From positions 12,524,001 to 12,588,000 of the forward strand of contig NC_091477.1 in the NCBI RefSeq assembly GCF_036971445.1: a stretch of DNA of 64,000 nt. The letters are read 5' to 3'. Positions within the stretch are counted from its first letter, which is position 1. The number at the start of each line of letters is the position of its first letter. The position numbers and the translations under genes were made by a program. This document shows, one piece after another, positions 57,301 to 64,000 of this stretch. The notes below the pieces were generated by a model, which worked only from the letters and a program-made list of their open reading frames with translations, did no database searches and was not told the origin of the DNA. This DNA comes from Narcine bancroftii. Its lineage: Eukaryota.

Positions 57301-57491
57301 TGATAATTTTTGGACATGACACTTTTGGTCTTGTTATAATAAATGTATACAGTTTTTAAGATGTAAGATTAATCATCCTAATGGGAACTCCTTTACTTCT
57401 AACATAGCATCCTGGCTTTGACTTCAGTGGGGCTGACATTTCTGGAAATTATGCTGGTGGAGGTCCAGATTTCTCAAATTTGGGGAAGTGA
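54159..57491 (+). CDS. NUDCD2: NudC domain-containing protein 2 (4 coding exons, 157 aa)
   Basis: Exons 54159-54347, 54972-55020, 55161-55312, 57408-57491 sum to 474 nt; MSVHFEERSGIVPCKTPWGEWYQTMDEV..KKLTLERFQRE HPGFDFSGADISGNY..GPDFSNLGK*. Confidence 0.97.
54972..55020 (+). CDS. NUDCD2: NUDCD2 coding exon 2
   Basis: GKLYGSIVADEGTWTL|gtaggc. Confidence 0.95.
55161..55312 (+). CDS. NUDCD2: NUDCD2 coding exon 3
   Basis: EDNKQVSIVLVKSNREAGNCWSSLLEGQY..ERFQRE|gtaact. Confidence 0.95.
56878..57100 (+). mobile_element. V-SINE-like element
   Basis: Same family; further copies near 56160-56360 and 58850-59058. Confidence 0.7.
57408..57491 (+). CDS. NUDCD2: NUDCD2 coding exon 4
   Basis: HPGFDFSGADISGNYAGGGPDFSNLGK*. 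Confidence 0.95.
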   Translation, partial: HPGFDFSGADISGNYAGGGPDFSNLGK

Positions 57492-57829
57492 AGATGATTC
57501 AAAGACACAAGGAGTGTGATCGTCATGTGAAATTTAAAAGTCTGGAAGCCAGGTCGTTAAAATGCCTGAAGGACTTAATGGCCCAGAGAGTGTAGAGATT
57601 AAAATGTTGAGTTCACAACAGAAAAGAACCCTAATTTGTAACAAATATGGTTTGATTTATGAATCACCACAATGTCTTCATGATTTGACCTGCTCTGCCA
57701 TCTATCTCAGGTCAGTAAGCTAGCTCTCAAGAGTTATAAGAAACTACTGGATTTGTGTTGTCAATACAAATGTTAAAATGTCAAAGTAAATTAAAGCTGT
57801 GGTATAAGGAATTTGTTAACAGGATGATT

Positions 57830-57835
57830 AATAAA
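57830..57835 (+). terminator. Candidate NUDCD2 polyadenylation signal
   Basis: AATAAA about 340 nt after the stop codon; usage not provable from sequence. Confidence 0.4.
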
Positions 57836-58679
57836 TTTGACACACTATTTAAGATCAAAAGGTGAGAAAAAAGAATAGTTGAAACTCTTGTTGCACTCCT
57901 GCAGGTCTTTAGTTGTCCTGAAAATGTTCAGATATTGGAACTTGTTTTGCTCTGTTTGTTCTGCCCTTCAGTGCTACCCTTAAAGGATTAACATGAACAA
58001 AAATGATCGAACTAATGTTAGTCTTTTGAAAGGGTTATGCATAACAGATCAAAATCATAAAGGAAAGACCAGATTTAGCTAATTACAACAGTAAATTCTT
58101 GTCCTCGTTGACTTGGAAAGTTCAAATTAACATATTTCAGCCTAAATTCCAGCACAAGATGCAGGCTGTGAGATCTATCTATCCAGTAAATTCTGGCCCA
58201 CTAGGTGCATGAATGTTAAAATGTATTTTACTGCGTACTGTATGTATATTGAATTTGGTTTATTGGCTATGTTATACGTGATAGAATTTCAGATAATAAG
58301 ATGATGGCAAGATATTTTTATAAAAATTGGAGCAATATTTCTACTCATTATGTTATTAGCTTTATCTTAATTGTCTTAACAGTTCTAATCTCACATTATA
58401 GAGTCACGTTCATAGAATTCTACAGCATAGAAGCAGGCCTTCTGGCCCAATTTGTACAAGCTGACTGAGCTGAGCCAATTTGGTGACTTTTAGCCCAATG
58501 TCTCTCGAAAGGGTTCCAATCCACATCGTTATAATTATGAATGTTAAAATTGCTTCTGCTTGTACCTCTTTTGCTTGGTGTTTATTCCATTTATCCACCG
58601 CACTTTGTGGAAAAGGTTCCCCTCGCAAATCTATGCCCTCTCTTTAAAACAAAATTTGGACATTATGTTCCCCATATAT

Positions 58680-58780
58680 ATGAGATGTGAACAACCACAA
58701 TGATGGGAGGAGACATGACGATTCAACCAGTTATTTCAGGATATCGGATCCAGGGGCCATGAAACAAAAGTGACGGACTA
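58680..58780 (+). repeat. About 100-bp local duplication of 59737-59836
   Basis: Direct alignment with about 12 differences. Confidence 0.9.
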
Positions 58781-59337
58781 TATATATAAAAAAGAGAGGG
58801 ACTGTGTGTGTGTGTGTGATATATATTTTATATATATTTTAAAATAGCAGCAGGGTTGGTGTAGCAGTTAGACTTCATAGGACCAGCGATCGGCATTGTC
58901 TGTAAGGAGTTTGTACGTTCTCCCTGTGTATTTGTGGGTTTTCTGTGGGGGCTCTAGTTTCCTACCACTGTTCGAAAATGAACCGGGGTGGGGTGTAGGT
59001 TAATAGCAGGTCAATTGGGCAGAATGGACACCCGTTATTGTGGTGTATGTCTAGATAAATACTTTTATTTCCTTGAATATTTTCTATCTGCTCTGTCGAC
59101 ACACATCTGTTCCAGAGAGAACAATCCCGACTTCTCCACCCTATTTCAAATTAACTGAACTGCCTCATGTTGGGAATTGTTTTTGGTTATTTGCTCTGCA
59201 CCCTGTTCAAAGCTGCCAAAAGAGAATTTGTTGAAATACTTTGGGGACAAAGGACGACTGGGGAAAGAGGCCAATTGGCTTGATTGCCTTCCTGTTCAGC
59301 ACTCTGCTATGTGGCACTTCAAACTATCTCCCTGAAT

Positions 59338-59512
59338 CAGTGGTTCTCAACTCTCGCCCCCCCACCCCACCCCACCACTCACATACCACCTTAAGTAATC
59401 CTGACTAACCCCAGAGGGGCACCAGTGGCTCGTGAGGGATGTAGTGAGTAAGGGATCACTTAAAGTAGTATGTGAATGGTGGGGGAGGGGAACTGATCGA
59501 GAACCACCACTG
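59338..59512. mobile_element. hAT-like MITE remnant
   Basis: cagtggttctcaa ... gagaaccaccactg termini; no clear 8-bp TSD. Confidence 0.45.
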
Positions 59513-59739
59513 CCATGGCCCCACCCCCTTGCTGCTTCCCCTCCCCCCCCCCCCACCACCCACTTGTTCCCACCCCCCCCCCCCACCACCCACTTGTTCC
59601 CACCCTCCACTTGTTCCCACCCTCAGTAATCCAGAACTAATCACCGCCCTACACTGGATTCTGCTGCCCCTGCCATTGCTTGGCGAAGACCAGAAAGGTT
59701 GTGGATTGTAAAAGTAAGCCAGGTTTACGTGGACAAATG

Positions 59740-60050
59740 AGATGTCACAACCACAACGATGGGAGGAGACATGACGACTCAACCGGTTATTTCAGGATAT
59801 CGCACCCAGGTGCCATGAAACGAAAGCGAAGGACAACAACACTCCTCACCCACACGTGGAGGAAATTGGAGCGTGACGTCAGACGTAGCCCAGTGGGACG
59901 GAAATGACAGCATCACGTCGGAAGCCGCCCGGCGACAGAAGGAGGTGAAGGAACAGTGAGCGCGGGGAAGAAATGTCTGACCTGTTCGTGAAACCAGGTA
60001 AAAGCGGTCAGTGAGATTCTTGCCGTGGGCATGAGTGTGGGCGGGGCGGA
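59740..60050 (+). promoter_or_regulatory. CpG-rich promoter of probable SRA1
   Basis: E-box CACGTG 59853-59858, full CRE TGACGTCA 59874-59881, ETS-like CGGAAAT/CGGAAG about 59900-59924, GC box about 60039-60048. Confidence 0.7.
59973..59997 (+). CDS. SRA1: Steroid receptor RNA activator 1 (SRAP), first coding exon; rest of gene outside window
   Basis: ATG TCT GAC CTG TTC GTG AAA CCA G|gtaaaa = MSDLFVKP(G), matching SRA1 N-terminus MAELYVKPG with a phase-1 intron; sits in a CpG promoter; exon 2 (NxERGWNDPP) not seen before 64000. Confidence 0.75.
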
Positions 60051-61022
60051 GCCGGAGCGTGTGGCGCCCGTCCCGGAACCGGCTGATGACGTGTTGTAAC
60101 CCGGAGTCGGAGCCGGAGCGTGTGGCACCCGTCCCGGAACCGGCTGATGACGTGTTGTAACCCGGAGTCGGAGCCGGAGCGTGTGGCACCCGTCCCGGAA
60201 CCGGCTGATGACGTGTTGTACCCCAGAGTCGGAGCCGGAGCGTGTGGCACCCGTCCCGGAACCGGCTGATGACGTGTTGTACCCAGAGTCGGAGCCGGAG
60301 CGCGTGGCACCTGTCCCGGAACCGGCTGATGACGTGTCGTACCCCAGAGTCGGAGCCGGAGCGTGTGGCACCCGTCCCGGAACCGGCTGATGACGTGTTG
60401 TACCCCAGAGACGGAGCCGGAGCGTGTGGCACCCGTCCCGGAACCGGATGATGACGTGTTGTACCCCGGAGCCGGGGCGTGTGGCACCTGTCCCGGAACC
60501 GGCTGATTTAGTGTCGTACCCCAGAGCCGGAGCGTGTGGCACCCGTCCCGGAACCGGATGATGACGTGTTGTAACCCGGAGTCGGAGCCGGAGCGTGTGG
60601 CACCCGTCCCGGAACCGGCTGATGACGTGTTGTACCCCAGAGACGGAGCCGGAGCGTGTGGCACCCGTCCCGGAACCGGATGATGACGTGTTGTACCCCG
60701 GAGCCGGGGCGTGTGGCACCTGTCCCGGAACCGGCTGATTTAGTGTCGTACCCCGGAGTCGGAGCCGGAGCGTGTGGCGCCCGTCCCGGAACCGGCTGAT
60801 GACGTGTTGTACCCCAGAGTCGGAACCGGAGCGTGTGGCACCCGTCCCGGAACCGACTGATTTAGTGTCGTACCCCGGAGCCGGAGCGTGTGGCGCCCGT
60901 CCCGGAACCGGATAATGACGTGTTGTTCCCCGGAGCCGGAGCGTGTGGCACCCGTCCCGGAACCGGCTGATGGCGTGTGGCACCCGTCCCGGAACCGGCT
61001 GATGACGTGTTGTACCCCGGAG
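60047..61022. repeat. GC/CpG-rich minisatellite, 55-61 bp unit, about 16-17 copies
   Basis: Unit like ccggagtcggagccggagcgtgtggcacccgtcccggaaccggctgatgacgtgttgtacc with recurring variants. Confidence 0.97.
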
Positions 61023-61151
61023 CTGGGAGCAGGGACCTGCTGATACAATTACTCACTGATAGCTTGAAGCATGTCTGCATTGGTGCAGGAGCGAAAGAAA
61101 GCAGTGAGTGTGTCTCAATACATCGGATAAAACGTGTTTATAAATTAATTA

Positions 61152-61804
61152 TGTGAGAAACAGAAGTACCTTCACAGAATTTGCTCGAGACAAAAATTGA
61201 GAACAAAGAACTTTTATTATACTATTACAACAATGCAAAGTTGGGTGCTTCCCCTTACCCTGGGAATACACACAGATACTGGGGCTGACCCAACTTTTAT
61301 ACATTTCATTTCAGTACAGAGATACCTTCCCCCCAACATTCTTCTGCCTCCTGGATTGGTTTAGCATTAGGTAATTCTGCCCACGTGGATTCTAACTTCT
61401 TATCAGTTTATGTGTCTTCCTGCAAACTTGTTAGCCAGAGAAGTATCATGTCTTTGTTCTTCACTCATTAATCAATCCCTAAGACTTGCTAAAGCTATCT
61501 ACTTGTTATCCTGTTTTGAAGATCCTTAGTTTATTACACTTTTACAACCCTTCCTCTCATTCCAGCATCCCTTCACCCTGATTTAACCCATAATACTTAA
61601 TCTCTAATGAGCACTTGCTTGACTCCTCACATTCCAGTATCCCTTCACCTTAAGTTAACCCATAATACTTTATTCTTAATTGGCACTTGCTTGACTCCTA
61701 ACATTCCAGTATCCCTTCACCTTAAGTTAACCCATAATACTTTATTCTTAATTGGCACTTGCTTACAGTATCTCTGGACTCCTAACATTCCAGTATCCCT
61801 CACA
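61152..61804 (-). mobile_element. Solo LTR (ERV or gypsy type)
   Basis: TGTGAG...CTCACA termini, 4-bp TSD ATTA; on minus strand: 72-bp U3 repeats, CCAAT (61355-61359), TATAAAA (61295-61301), AATAAA (61213-61218) in LTR order. Confidence 0.8.
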
Positions 61805-61829
61805 ATTATAATGTTGACCCTTTTGGGTT

Positions 61830-62440
61830 AGCAGTGGAGAGGGTCATAAACTTCAAATTCAACATTTCCGAGCATTTGACCTGAAGCCTCTCTGTTGCTC
61901 CAATCACGAAGAAGGCTCGCCAGCAGCTAAACTTTGTAAAGAGTTCGAGGAGATTTGGTATGTCACCGAAGAATCTCGAAAACCTTTGCATTACCACCTG
62001 GTATGGAGGTGCCAATGCTCAGGACAAGGGGAAAAAAAACTGCACAGGTTTGTTAACTCGGTCTACAACATCACGGACAAAAGTCTTCACTCCATCGAGG
62101 TCATCGACAAGAGGCGGTCGGTGTCTGCAGAAATCAGCCTCTATAAGGACCCCCACCAACCAGGCCATGCCCTCCACTCTGCTGCCACCAGTGGGGGAAA
62201 AAGGTACAGGAGTCTGAAGTCAAGCACTCAGTGGCACAAGGTCAGCTTCTACCCCTCTGCCATCAGATTTCTGAATGAACAATAAACCAGAGACACTGTC
62301 TTTCTTTGTCTTTTCTTTTTTGTGCACTATTTTTTATTCATTTTCTGTAAGGAGGTTTCTATGAATGTTCGCAGTATGAAGAAGCTGCTGCAAAACAACT
62401 AATTTCATAACATGTTCATGACAACAAATTCTGATTCTGA
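61830..62440 (+). mobile_element. Rex1-like LINE 3' fragment
   Basis: DPHQPGHAL..KRYRSLKSSTQWHKVSFYPSAIRFLNEQ, similar to 22820-23602. Confidence 0.8.
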
Positions 62441-64000
62441 TAAGTTGCAAGACAAGTATTAACCAGTGCCAAAATTTAACTCCCATTAGAGTAGTTGAGG
62501 AATTTGCAATGAAATAATTGGTACATCCTGAAAAGTCATGGCATAAATTCTCATTCTGTACCACTTCCCTGGATCTTAAGATCTAATTTCAAGATTCTAG
62601 TATAGATGAGGGGCGGTTAGGATCTGTCAGGAGGCAGAATTAAAGTGATCCCATTTAACAAATTTGGCTCTTGTGACACCATTTGCCATCCCCTGTTTGG
62701 TCTACTCTGACGTGCAAGTGATGATCGTCATAATTGGATCCACCCTAAATTGTTCATACCGTGGTTAACTGAGGCAGTGTTATCCTACCAGTAATTTTCT
62801 GAAGTGCTTATTGTTATCATGTTGAATCTTGTTTTCAGCAAACTTCACACTGATCAAAAGCAGGAATGGGGAACTGTTCAACCATTTTTGTCTATAAATC
62901 ACTCTGGTCTCAGTAATCAAATTGTAGCTTTACAAACAACAAGAATGTATATTCACATTTGGTGGCTGAGCTCACCAACACTGATCCATTCAAACCTTCA
63001 TCTTTTGTATTTTGGGTCATTTACCAGTTTATTTCAACTATACAATATTGAATCTGACAGACGTGTCTAAACAATTCCTAATCAACATTGAGCACTTTCC
63101 TTATCTCTGGTGGCACCTTCAAACCTCAGCTTGCACTATGCTATTGCCGAAGTCTCGGTTTGGGAAGAAGGGTCTCATTGAACAAATGTAATAGAGACAA
63201 GAACTGAGAGAATAGAGTGATATTCATCTCGGTTGGTTGGGAAGAAGTATAATCATGTTAGTTCTGGAAGTCTGTTGGCTTATTGATGTGAGTGATTAGT
63301 TTATCTCCTGAGGGGGAAAATGAAGAGGTAAGAGTAGGGTGAAAATTCACTGTCCAAAGTTGTGATATTTTTAAGTTTGTCATGAGTTCAAAAAGCAGCA
63401 CAAATTAAATTGTGGATATTCTGATGAAATGGTTTTGGCAATGGGCCTGAGAACAAATGCCACAAGAATGCAAGACAAGACTTGGGGCATGTAAGTCTTC
63501 ATTTGCTACTCCTTTTAATCTGGAGAAAGAGAATTGAGTTGAAGGAAAAGTTGTTGAAGGACAAGTTCAGCAAGATGAATATTGGTGGAGGGAAATAGCT
63601 GGGTCTCTGCAGAAGAAGCAGAAGGCCTCCAGACTCACCTCAAGGGATTGTACATCTATGGCAAAGATGAAGCAGTATGGAACTTGTGGAGGGATTCGGC
63701 CAAGGGAAAAAGAATAAAGGAGGGGAAAAAAATGGTTCTGTTAGACATAAACGGCTTGAATCAATGTGTGGATATTGAGCAGGAGGCAGAAGCAAGCTGT
63801 GTGAGGCTGGGAAGCTAAAAGTTTGAAGGTTTGGAGAAAAGATTTGAAGAAAATTAGTCTAAACTTTGAGGTGGACAATAGCCTAATGTTCAGTATTAGA
63901 TTCTGAGGGGGCGGGGTGGTGGTTTAAGAGGGGTCTGAGGGCTGATGATTGCCATCTGAATAACAGGGACCAGTTCAACAGACCTTTGCAGAACTACCCT

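Noticed and set aside
60047-61022. CRISPR-like appearance of the repeat arrays (also 42362-42554)
   Set aside because: No unique spacers, no cas genes, vertebrate intronic context.
59779-61080. ORFs of up to 356 aa with repeated SSAGSGTGATRSGS
   Set aside because: Translation of the 61-bp tandem array cycling through frames.

Overview
Intron-rich, AT-rich vertebrate genomic DNA; the repeat content (CR1, V-SINE, Penelope-like, Rex1-like, RTE, L1) suggests a cartilaginous fish, probably a ray (inference). Genes: (1) complete cytosolic leucyl-tRNA synthetase LARS1 on the minus strand, 32 coding exons (50811 to 7988), 3534 nt = 1177 aa + stop, with two GC-AG introns; (2) complete NUDCD2 on the plus strand (4 coding exons, 54159-57491, 157 aa), head-to-head with LARS1 at a CpG promoter with ZNF143-type motifs; (3) promoter and first coding exon (MSDLFVKPG) of a probable SRA1 at about 59.97 kb. 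Most notable: a 37-bp tandem repeat giving five copies of the LARS1 exon-4 splice donor, where any distal donor adds a stop; a 1-kb CpG-rich array with TGACGTG sites plus an antisense solo LTR in SRA1 intron 1; Gln at the position of human LARS1 R845 (proposed RagD-GAP residue); an L1 internal fragment with a perfect 17-bp target-site duplication. All calls are by eye, with no database search; repeat family names and edges are approximate.
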